A stretch of 64,000 bases of DNA from Shigella virus Moo19: the sequence record MZ358387. One strand, written 5' to 3'. Made by a program: the position numbers and the translations under genes. A model generated the notes under the pieces. The model saw only the letters and a program-made list of their open reading frames with translations. It was not told the origin of the DNA and did no database searches. This document shows, piece after piece, positions 1 through 6,787 of the stretch (positions are counted from its first letter, which is position 1; each line of letters starts with the position of its first letter).

Positions 1-215
1 TGATGGTGACGATGTGATTCTTGCTGTACCCCGCCCAGTGGCTAGTGGCGGGACCGATTAACTAAAGGGCTTTCCACCTCCTTACCCGTTTAGCTAAAGG
101 CTAATAACTACCACAGTCAGGGTTCCTCGGCTCCTTTGACTTAAGACTGCAATCTTAAGTTTAACGGTACATAAGTACCTAGAGGGATGAACTGACCCGA
201 TACTGAAGTCGGTCA

Positions 216-252
216 GGGGCATAGTCGAGAGGCTATGCCCCATTTCTTTTTA
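216..252 (+). terminator. Stem-loop (9-bp stem ggggcatag/ctatgcccc, 8-nt loop) followed by T-rich tract, just upstream of first ORF
   Basis: Inverted repeat read directly; atttcttttta follows. Confidence 0.4.
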
Positions 253-263
253 TAGGAGCTATC

Positions 264-674
264 ATGGACATCTACGGTCTTGATATAGAAACACAGACAC
301 AAAAGAAAGAAGCTGACCCATACGTGATAGGTTCAGCTCAGTTCTTCGCCACCATCTTTGGTAACAAACACGCTATCCTTCTCCCAGATTGTGAAGAATC
401 CCACGAACTAGTAGGTTGCTGGCTGTTAGACAACATCCCACTAACCACTCGTATCATGAAGCAAGGTGAGACTATCATCTACAATCTGGAAGACTATGGA
501 ATACAAGAGGATGGTCAGTACACATGGATGCCACCTACTTACTTTATTCCACTGCCTGACTGGGAACTCATAGCTTCTCACGACGTATTCAAAAGGCAGA
601 TTGCTATCTACTTCCGTCCACGCCCTACCTGGAGAAAGAATCCATATGCAAGTCCAATTAATCTGTCGCAGTGA
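264..674 (+). CDS. Hypothetical early protein, member A of tandem small-ORF paralog family (SHELVGCWLL motif)
   Basis: ORF track; aggag RBS at 255-259; shares H-E-(V/L/F)-x-G-x-L-L motif with downstream ORFs. Confidence 0.4.
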   Translation: MDIYGLDIETQTQKKEADPYVIGSAQFFATIFGNKHAILLPDCEESHELVGCWLLDNIPLTTRIMKQGETIIYNLEDYGIQEDGQYTWMPPTYFIPLPDWELIASHDVFKRQIAIYFRPRPTWRKNPYASPINLSQ

Positions 675-1011
675 TAAAGATTCTGATGTAGTAAACGCAT
701 TAGAAATTCCATTCGACTTCTTTAGTCATGAGCTACACCTGAGCCAAGTAATCCTGGTTCCCTCCCTTGAGCATTATCATGAAGTTCAGGGGCAACTGTT
801 AATCAATGGTGTGACTGCTAAAGTAATCTGCATTCTTCCACCATCCCAATATCAGCCACCAGTTGGAAGTGTTCCTTATGCACTAGTCACTGATGACTAC
901 GTTGCTAAGTGTGACCCACTGCCTAATGTTGGTAAGTACAACGATACTTTAAATCTTACTTATTATTTCGAGAAGAAAGATGCAGCTACAACTAACGAGG
1001 TTCATGAGTAA
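646..1011 (+). CDS. Hypothetical early protein, paralog family member B (YHEVQGQLLINGVTAKV)
   Basis: ORF track 601-1011; first in-frame ATG beyond most of the overlap with upstream ORF is 646. Confidence 0.4.
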   Translation: MQVQLICRSDKDSDVVNALEIPFDFFSHELHLSQVILVPSLEHYHEVQGQLLINGVTAKVICILPPSQYQPPVGSVPYALVTDDYVAKCDPLPNVGKYNDTLNLTYYFEKKDAATTNEVHE

Positions 1012-1288
1012 CCCTCATAACTTATCTCTAGTGCACCCGGACGCAGAACCTTATCTATTAAGTGACGTTGGTTATGTACTCAGCGGTGAGTCCAAAGTCG
1101 TTATGCTTACCAGTGAGTCAGCTAACCTATTCCTCGTTGAGTGCATGATGCGGGGTGTCAATGCTGATATCACCCTCAAGGAACCAGGTGAGAAAGTATA
1201 TGGTGGCCTGCTCTGCTACTTAATACATAGTCCGCATGAGTATCCTGACTACGATAATGATGGTTATGTCTGGATAAGGAGGCCGTAA
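1004..1288 (+). CDS. Hypothetical early protein, paralog family member C (ends WIRRP)
   Basis: ORF track 980-1288; ATG 1004 overlaps upstream stop (ATGAGTAA). Confidence 0.45.
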   Translation: MSNPHNLSLVHPDAEPYLLSDVGYVLSGESKVVMLTSESANLFLVECMMRGVNADITLKEPGEKVYGGLLCYLIHSPHEYPDYDNDGYVWIRRP

Positions 1289-1563
1289 TGTTTGCCTATT
1301 TTGTACGCTCTACTTACGATGCCTACCACGGTATGCTATCCATCAAGTTAGAAGTAGGGCAACACTGGCCTACTTTTGAACCAGGAACAGCAGCTATTTG
1401 GGTTCATCCTGACATAGACTTTCATGAAGTACAGGGTGACCTGTTACTTCGGGGTAAGACAGCTAAGCTGATGGAATGTCCTCCGAACTATCGAATAAAA
1501 GAGAGTGGCATATTCATCCTGGCTCATAGTTACAGTAATGCACTGGAGTTACTGCGTCCATGA
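1288..1563 (+). CDS. Hypothetical early protein, paralog family member D (FHEVQGDLLLRGKTAKL, ends LLRP)
   Basis: ORF track; start overlaps upstream stop (TAATG). Confidence 0.5.
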   Translation: MFAYFVRSTYDAYHGMLSIKLEVGQHWPTFEPGTAAIWVHPDIDFHEVQGDLLLRGKTAKLMECPPNYRIKESGIFILAHSYSNALELLRP

Positions 1564-1922
1564 ATCTCTTCCTAATACCCCCTATGTCCTGTAATCCGCT
1601 TAAGCTGGTGGGCGAACAACCTACCTGGGATAGACTTGGCGTAACTAAAGAGACTGTCCTGTATGAACCAAGTGAAGAAGCACACGAGTTCATTGGTCAC
1701 TGTCTCATGATAAGTAGTGAAATACAGTTCAAGTCTCTTGCTGAACCAGTAGAAGTAAGGGAACAGGATAAGGTTTATGTAATAGGGCATCACTATCCTG
1801 ATGTATGCACCACCTTACAGGGCAGGCTTATCAGGCTTACTGATGAGAGTACCTGCATCCAGTGTACCTGCTATCACCCCTGCCCTTCTTCAAAGAAGGT
1901 TATCTACCCACTGGATATCTAA
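1560..1922 (+). CDS. Hypothetical early protein, paralog family member E (AHEFIGHCLM), Cys-rich C-terminus
   Basis: ORF track; ATGA overlap with upstream gene. Confidence 0.45.
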   Translation: MNLFLIPPMSCNPLKLVGEQPTWDRLGVTKETVLYEPSEEAHEFIGHCLMISSEIQFKSLAEPVEVREQDKVYVIGHHYPDVCTTLQGRLIRLTDESTCIQCTCYHPCPSSKKVIYPLDI

Positions 1923-2210
1923 ATGAATCTTACTAAGATACACGTTACTCCTACTAAGATGGTTAACTGTCCTATAACTAAAAAGTTATTTACTGTATCC
2001 AGTGACATACTCATTCTTGTACCAGACCTGGATAGCTTTCATGAAGTGAAAGGACAGGAGATGTTACTCAATAAGAAATGGGAAGTTCATCTACTTGAAC
2101 CAGGAAAGGAACTTAGGTGGCTGGGTATGTACAGTCCCTGGCATCTTAATACGGATAGCTACCGTCTTACCTTTACTGACCATATTGCTGTATATACTCC
2201 ACGCCCCTAG
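1923..2210 (+). CDS. Hypothetical early protein, paralog family member F (FHEVKGQEMLL, ends YTPRP)
   Basis: ORF track; tttcatgaagt nucleotide motif shared with members B and D. Confidence 0.5.
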   Translation: MNLTKIHVTPTKMVNCPITKKLFTVSSDILILVPDLDSFHEVKGQEMLLNKKWEVHLLEPGKELRWLGMYSPWHLNTDSYRLTFTDHIAVYTPRP

Positions 2211-2245
2211 CTCCTCAAACATAACTGCTTATAAAGAGTAACCTC

Positions 2246-2434
2246 ATGGATAATATTGCATTAAAAAACTACCGTACTGCTATTCAAGCCATAGAGCTTA
2301 TTAAAGCAGAGGTAGAAGTAACCTTTGGGTTACACGTAGGAACAGACCCAGAACCAGAAATAATGGTGGAAGCTTATAACATTGTTCTGGCTATACGTGC
2401 AGGTTATAACAGGCTATGCGAAGCATCTAAATAG
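2246..2434 (+). CDS. Hypothetical small protein (62 aa)
   Basis: ORF track only. Confidence 0.3.
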   Translation: MDNIALKNYRTAIQAIELIKAEVEVTFGLHVGTDPEPEIMVEAYNIVLAIRAGYNRLCEASK

Positions 2435-2480
2435 GAGGTATATAATTACCCTCTATCTAATATTTTTGCATGTCAAAATG

Positions 2481-2593
2481 GTGATAGCTACTTGTGATAG
2501 CTGTGGTGTGGCAGGGGCTACACCCTTACACGTTAACTACCCCCCCGGTATGTTGACTCATGGGTGTACTACCCTACCCCACCTTACACGTTA
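2481..2593. repeat. Intergenic direct repeats: gtgatagct x2 (2481, 2494) and ccttacacgtta x2 (2524, 2582), plus repeated ctaccc runs
   Basis: Read directly from sequence. Confidence 0.6.
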
Positions 2594-2595
2594 CA

Positions 2596-2608
2596 CATGC
2601 TCCGCATG
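2596..2608 (+). promoter_or_regulatory. Tri-loop hairpin catgc-TCC-gcatg (bottom strand GC-GGA-GC); candidate N4-type vRNAP early promoter hairpin
   Basis: Perfect 5-bp stem, 3-nt loop; same core as hairpins at 3584 and 7442; upstream of ORF 2652. Confidence 0.35.
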
Positions 2609-2651
2609 GTATGGACATGTCGTCCTTATCATTAACTATTGGAGCTATACA

Positions 2652-2972
2652 ATGACTACTACTGCTAACGTACGTATGACTGCTGGAACTTTACTGGGTA
2701 CTGTAAATGAAGCAGCTACTACTATTGCTGATACCTTTGGTACTGCAACTAAAGCTGTTGGTATGCTGAACTCATATGTCACTACTATGAGTGAGAAACA
2801 ACGTATTCGTACTAAATTGGAAATGCATACATTTACCAATAAATTAGCTGAAGAAACAGCTATGCAAGATACTATCCGTAAGAAAGCTATCGTAGAATTC
2901 TGCAAAGATGAAAAGAATGCTGAACTCTATAAAGCATCTTACGATGATGTAATGGCACTGTTATCTAAATAG
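2652..2972 (+). CDS. Hypothetical protein (106 aa)
   Basis: ORF track frame 2382-2972; ATG 2652 has ggag RBS 8 nt upstream; upstream part of track ORF is repeat-rich intergenic DNA. Confidence 0.4.
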   Translation: MTTTANVRMTAGTLLGTVNEAATTIADTFGTATKAVGMLNSYVTTMSEKQRIRTKLEMHTFTNKLAEETAMQDTIRKKAIVEFCKDEKNAELYKASYDDVMALLSK

Positions 2973-2981
2973 TAAAATAAC

Positions 2982-3010
2982 GGAAGACTCCTTGGAGTCT
3001 TCCTGTTTTA
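2982..3010 (+). terminator. Rho-independent terminator (9-bp stem ggaagactc/gagtcttcc, loop cttg, then tgtttta)
   Basis: Read directly. Confidence 0.6.
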
Positions 3011-3013
3011 AAG

Positions 3014-3032
3014 ATTAGATAGTCAATCTAAT
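3014..3032. promoter_or_regulatory. Palindrome attagat-agtca-atctaat containing 14-mer ttagatagtcaatc (second copy at 3529-3542)
   Basis: 7-bp inverted repeat read directly; lies just after a terminator and upstream of ORF 3063. Confidence 0.4.
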
Positions 3033-3062
3033 TTGAATAAATAGTTAAAAGAGAATCCTACT

Positions 3063-3209
3063 ATGAGCAAACTAAAAAACGCATTTATCCTGATTGTCAG
3101 TATCCTTGCACTTGTTACTTTGGTTTCCGTTCACATTGGAAAACCTCTGGTAAACACTGACTATGGTAATGGTCAAAAAGTAAAATCCATCCTGTTAGCG
3201 GATAAGTAA
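3063..3209 (+). CDS. Small putative membrane protein (48 aa, MSKLKNAFILIVSILALVTLVSV...)
   Basis: Hand-translated; hydrophobic N-terminal segment; below the 60-aa cutoff of the ORF track. Confidence 0.3.
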   Translation: MSKLKNAFILIVSILALVTLVSVHIGKPLVNTDYGNGQKVKSILLADK

Positions 3210-3276
3210 AAACCGCATCTAGAAACTGGGCTGTTCCACAGCTTACGGATACATTTCAACCAATTAGGAGGCATCC

Positions 3277-3492
3277 ATGAACGTAGAAAATATCCGTATA
3301 ATTGAGAATTGCTTTGGTGATAAACCAGTAGACCTCAGCAACGCAAGAAGGTCTACAGATGAAGAATACAGAGAGTTTTTATCCTTACTCGATGAATATC
3401 ATATGCAAGGGCATGTTGAATTACATGCCCATCTGCATAACTCAGGCTACTTCATGGATAAACTGGAAGCTGAGACAGGCTGTCCATTCTAA
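3277..3492 (+). CDS. Hypothetical protein (71 aa)
   Basis: ORF track; strong RBS aggagg upstream. Confidence 0.45.
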   Translation: MNVENIRIIENCFGDKPVDLSNARRSTDEEYREFLSLLDEYHMQGHVELHAHLHNSGYFMDKLEAETGCPF

Positions 3493-3499
3493 GTAAAGC

Positions 3500-3526
3500 A
3501 TTCCCTCTTAGGAGGGAATTAGCCAT
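3500..3526 (+). terminator. Terminator-like hairpin (attccctc-ttag-gagggaat)
   Basis: 8-bp inverted repeat read directly; weak T tract. Confidence 0.4.
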
Positions 3527-3528
3527 CT

Positions 3529-3547
3529 TTAGATAGTCAATCAAAAG
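3529..3547. promoter_or_regulatory. Second copy of 14-mer ttagatagtcaatc in an imperfect palindrome
   Basis: Identical 14-mer to 3015-3028. Confidence 0.4.
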
Positions 3548-3583
3548 TAGATTGTGATTCTACTTTAGTTCAACTTCAAAACC

Positions 3584-3600
3584 AAGACGCTCCGCGTCTT
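3584..3600 (+). promoter_or_regulatory. Tri-loop hairpin aagacgc-TCC-gcgtctt (7-bp stem); candidate vRNAP early promoter hairpin
   Basis: Perfect inverted repeat; GC-TCC-GC core shared with 2596 and 7442. Confidence 0.35.
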
Positions 3601-3705
3601 AAGGATGTATGAGTGCATCCAATCCTGTATGAAATCTTAGTCCTTTGTTTGGGTATGTTCACCGACGAGCGTACCCATAAATCACATTTATCTGGAGAGT
3701 ATAAA

Positions 3706-4089
3706 ATGTCTATTAAAACTTTTGGTCAAACTTTCGGTTCTGCTGTTGCTAACAAACCTGCTGCAACTGAACGTCCTAAAGCTAAATTCTGGCTGAACGT
3801 TGGCTATACAGCTAACGAAGGCACAGAAGAAGCTAAGTTCATCTCACTGCCTACTGGTATTCCACTGGATACTCAGGAGCATGTAAGCACTAAGTCCAGC
3901 AATGCTGACTTCCGTGCTATGCGTTGTGCTCAGAACGACCTGCTTGACCAGCTTCTGGCATTTGCAGAAGGTCTGGAACCAGGTGAAGAAGGTGTCATTC
4001 AACTTCAGGTTCAACTTCGTCGAGTCAAAGAAGAAGAAGCTGACATCCCAGCAGACGAGAATAAATATGCTCGTAAGCTGACTTTCTAA
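3706..4089 (+). CDS. Hypothetical early protein (127 aa)
   Basis: ORF track frame 3613-4089; ATG 3706 with ggagag RBS; followed by strong terminator. Confidence 0.5.
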   Translation: MSIKTFGQTFGSAVANKPAATERPKAKFWLNVGYTANEGTEEAKFISLPTGIPLDTQEHVSTKSSNADFRAMRCAQNDLLDQLLAFAEGLEPGEEGVIQLQVQLRRVKEEEADIPADENKYARKLTF

Positions 4090-4098
4090 TCACTAACT

Positions 4099-4127
4099 GG
4101 ACTCCCTTCGGGGAGTCCTTTTATTTT
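4099..4127 (+). terminator. Rho-independent terminator (ggactccc-ttcg-gggagtcc + T tract)
   Basis: Read directly. Confidence 0.7.
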
Positions 4128-4232
4128 AACTCAGCGATAAACTAAGTTTAACTTTTAGGAGCTTTTCGACGAAGAGTCACTAAAACTTAAACGTAAACAC
4201 AAGCAGATAACTTAGAGTAAGGAGTAATCAAG

Positions 4233-4418
4233 ATGCGTGTACTATGTAACCGTTATAATCCGACTAGGTTAATTAACATAATGGCTATGTATGGTAGCAA
4301 GATGGCTTATGATGCTCGTTGGCAGGTATCTGTAGAAGATAGAGATGGTCAGCATTATGACCACTACTTCACAGCTAAGCCAACTCGTAAACAAATCCGC
4401 AAACTTCACAAAGGATAA
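4233..4418 (+). CDS. Hypothetical protein (61 aa)
   Basis: ORF track; RBS taaggag upstream. Confidence 0.4.
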   Translation: MRVLCNRYNPTRLINIMAMYGSKMAYDARWQVSVEDRDGQHYDHYFTAKPTRKQIRKLHKG

Positions 4419-4422
4419 TGCT

Positions 4423-4575
4423 ATGAAGCTACTGGCAGAGATTCTATGTATTTTATTAATGATACTGCTGGTAGCTGCATTTCCGTGGCTATTAGCCGTA
4501 GGCGTAATTATTGGCATGTTCGCAGCCGGAGTGAATGATGCTCGTGGCAGAGATGAACCAGGTGGAGACGTATAA
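4423..4575 (+). CDS. Small membrane protein (50 aa, MKLLAEILCILLMILLVAAFPWLLAVGVIIGMF...)
   Basis: ORF track frame 4345-4575; ATG 4423 with aagga RBS; hydrophobic. Confidence 0.4.
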   Translation: MKLLAEILCILLMILLVAAFPWLLAVGVIIGMFAAGVNDARGRDEPGGDV

Positions 4576-4576
4576 C

Positions 4577-4657
4577 ATGGCCTATGTAATCATAGTTGTT
4601 GCGTGGTTAGCTGTTGGTGTATTCGTAGGTATGGCATTCGGGAGAATGGCTAAATGA
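4577..4657 (+). CDS. Possible tiny hydrophobic peptide (26 aa, MAYVIIVVAWLAVGVFVGMAFGRMAK)
   Basis: Hand-translated; tightly packed between neighbours; speculative. Confidence 0.2.
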   Translation: MAYVIIVVAWLAVGVFVGMAFGRMAK

Positions 4658-4845
4658 TTGAATTTAAGGTAGGCGATATAATTGAACCAATAGAGGGATT
4701 CCCACAGTGGAAAGGTATAACAATACTTGAGTGGAATCCTATTACTCGTGATGCCTCAGTTAAGCTTAAATCCGGTACTGTTATACATGGTTTTAATCTA
4801 GACCCTGACTATGGAGTTGAATTCAAATGCGTAAGTCCATCTTAA
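4654..4845 (+). CDS. Hypothetical protein (63 aa)
   Basis: ORF track; ggag RBS. Confidence 0.4.
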   Translation: MIEFKVGDIIEPIEGFPQWKGITILEWNPITRDASVKLKSGTVIHGFNLDPDYGVEFKCVSPS

Positions 4846-4989
4846 TGGGAACCAGAGAAGATGTTATTAAGCGTCGTGCTAAACAAGTTACTGCTCAATC
4901 AGTGCCTGTTACTGGTTATAGTAGAACATATAACAGTAAGCCTAAGCAGTATATCGTAACTTTCAATCATCCTTGTATTCAATAATAGT

Positions 4990-5017
4990 GGCTCCCATTA
5001 GGGAGCTTCTATTTTTT
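4990..5017 (+). terminator. Terminator (gctccc-atta-gggagc + T tract)
   Basis: Read directly. Confidence 0.5.
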
Positions 5018-5031
5018 ATTTAGAATAGTTA

Positions 5032-5062
5032 GTCCCGAAGGGACAATCTTACGAAGTAAGAT
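5032..5062 (+). promoter_or_regulatory. Two adjacent GAA tri-loop hairpins (gtccc-GAA-gggac; atcttac-GAA-gtaagat)
   Basis: Perfect inverted repeats read directly; function unknown. Confidence 0.3.
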
Positions 5063-5095
5063 TAGACATAGATAGATATAGGAGAAACTATTAAA

Positions 5096-5404
5096 TTGTT
5101 AAATGAAATCATCTGTATTCCACAGAATAAGGCTCGCATTGCAGATAGGAATATTCGTATTCATCTGCCAATGCCATTAGCTAACCCATTCAGTAAGTCT
5201 GAAAGACTGAACCAGGATGATGTAGATGTGGCTTATGAGGCATATCTGCGTAATCGTCTTATCTCAGGCGATAAGCTAATCACTGCTGAAATGGAAAAGA
5301 TTGCAGGCTTTGTCATGGACAAAACAGGCAAACCTGTAGGACTGATAGGCAATGAGCCAGAGGTAAATGTAATACGTAAACTTATTATGGAGGCTATTGG
5401 ATAA
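5096..5404 (+). CDS. Hypothetical protein; N-terminal half resembles DUF4326-type motif (LANPF...AYEAYL) seen in ORF 6220
   Basis: ORF track (non-ATG start at 5096 implied); start uncertain. Confidence 0.35.
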   Translation: MLNEIICIPQNKARIADRNIRIHLPMPLANPFSKSERLNQDDVDVAYEAYLRNRLISGDKLITAEMEKIAGFVMDKTGKPVGLIGNEPEVNVIRKLIMEAIG

Positions 5405-5625
5405 TGATTCTTAATCCTAATTACCGTACATGTGAAATATGTGGTAAACACAGGGCTAAGGGAAATCATAATAAGTGTTCACGTATACTACAGAAGCAAC
5501 GTAATAATGCTGAACAAGCATTAATATTAGAGAACCAGAGGAAACACGAAGAGTACATCTCTGTTCGTAAGGCTTCTCTAAACAAATTTAGAAGGAAACC
5601 ATTTATACGTATAAGTAAAGGTTAA
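5404..5625 (+). CDS. Hypothetical basic protein with CxxC...H...C (possible zinc-binding)
   Basis: ORF track; composition. Confidence 0.35.
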   Translation: MILNPNYRTCEICGKHRAKGNHNKCSRILQKQRNNAEQALILENQRKHEEYISVRKASLNKFRRKPFIRISKG

Positions 5626-5627
5626 CT

Positions 5628-5912
5628 ATGAAAGTAATCACCTATCCTACTCATAAAATAGCACTCTACATGGGACAAAAAGTAGAAGTTCCATTATGGG
5701 TTAAATATTTAGCAGTACTTCCAATGATGTATGGTCATTCAAGTTCTGCACTAATTGGCTTCAGCCATAAACCCAAATTCACTAAGACTGGTATTTGGAA
5801 AATATCATCTCAGTATAAGAACACTAAGCAGGAACAAATAGGCATAGTCCGTAACTTTGCTCCTGCTAAAAATGAAATTGAAGCTACTCTAAGTGAGGTT
5901 CTATTACCATGA
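5628..5912 (+). CDS. Hypothetical protein (94 aa)
   Basis: ORF track. Confidence 0.4.
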   Translation: MKVITYPTHKIALYMGQKVEVPLWVKYLAVLPMMYGHSSSALIGFSHKPKFTKTGIWKISSQYKNTKQEQIGIVRNFAPAKNEIEATLSEVLLP

Positions 5913-6223
5913 CTACCATCGTAGTATTGCATGACACCACATTCAAAGATGTGGATAAGATGATGAACAATATAGACTATGTTGCTCAGCATTCTAAAGC
6001 ATTCAATGGGGAGTTCACTATTTATTGTGAACCAGAATCTCCATTGGCTCCTGTATTAAAAGAAGCAGGGCTTCCGTTCAGTACTACTGACTTCCCAGAA
6101 GAACCTGACTTCGTTATCTCATTCATCTACGATTTACACGACGGTTCTAAAGCCAGTGAACTGGCAATGAACCAGTGGAAGTCTCGCCGTCCTGTATGGC
6201 CTTTCCAGGTACTGAAACCATGA
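5909..6223 (+). CDS. Hypothetical protein (104 aa)
   Basis: ORF track; ATGA overlaps with neighbours. Confidence 0.4.
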   Translation: MTTIVVLHDTTFKDVDKMMNNIDYVAQHSKAFNGEFTIYCEPESPLAPVLKEAGLPFSTTDFPEEPDFVISFIYDLHDGSKASELAMNQWKSRRPVWPFQVLKP

Positions 6224-6600
6224 AGACTATCTCATTAGGTGACGATACCAATGCTTTGCTGGGTGTAGCTGCACGTCCAATCATCATTGTTAATAAACAT
6301 CATGGTAAACCGGGTGAGTATATTGGACGTGGTTCACCATTGGGTAATCCATACCCAATTGGTGATAAATACAACCGTCAACAAGCTATTGCTATGTATC
6401 GTGTCTGGCTGCAAGAACAGATTGATAAAGGTAATCCAGTTGTACTGGATGAACTTAATCGTCTGGGTAATAAAGCCATTGACGAAAAAGGACTGGCCTT
6501 ACAGTGCTTCTGTTATCCGAAACCATGTCATGGTGAGGTTATTAAAGAGAAGCTCGTAGAGGCTATGTACAACTACTTTGTGGAGAATCCAAATGAGTAA
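6220..6600 (+). CDS. DUF4326-like protein (GRGSPLGNPY ... CFCYPKPCHGEV)
   Basis: Motifs GNP and C-x-C-x-P-x-P-CHG recalled as DUF4326 signature; ATG 6220 overlaps upstream stop. Confidence 0.5.
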   Translation: MKTISLGDDTNALLGVAARPIIIVNKHHGKPGEYIGRGSPLGNPYPIGDKYNRQQAIAMYRVWLQEQIDKGNPVVLDELNRLGNKAIDEKGLALQCFCYPKPCHGEVIKEKLVEAMYNYFVENPNE

Positions 6601-6787
6601 GCAATGTAAATGTGGTAAAGGCTATGTATCCCAATGGGATGATAAGTGTGGTAAATGCCGAACCAAGAAGGAACAGCGTGACCATCAAATAGCTTTAAGG
6701 GACTTAGACCTGTATATCGCAGGTCGTCCAGAATTTAATATGACTCCACAAGAAGCCTATAAAGGCTTAAGGAAACTGTACAAATGA
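6593..6787 (+). CDS. Small zinc-ribbon-like protein (CKCGKG...CGKC)
   Basis: ORF track frame; ATG 6593 with ggag RBS; two Cys pairs. Confidence 0.4.
   Translation: MSKQCKCGKGYVSQWDDKCGKCRTKKEQRDHQIALRDLDLYIAGRPEFNMTPQEAYKGLRKLYK

Noticed and set aside
2413-2424. atgc-GAA-gcat mini-hairpin considered as another promoter hairpin
   Set aside because: Only a 4-bp stem and it lies inside the 2246-2434 ORF; weaker than the three GC-TCC-GC hairpins.
3613-3705. Upstream extension of ORF 3706-4089 to the track start at 3613
   Set aside because: Extension has no RBS and overlaps regulatory hairpin region; ATG 3706 has a ggagag RBS.
4845-4958. 37-codon ORF overlapping the stop of ORF 4654-4845
   Set aside because: Very short, no distinctive composition; my first hand translation had a frame error, so I do not report it as a feature.
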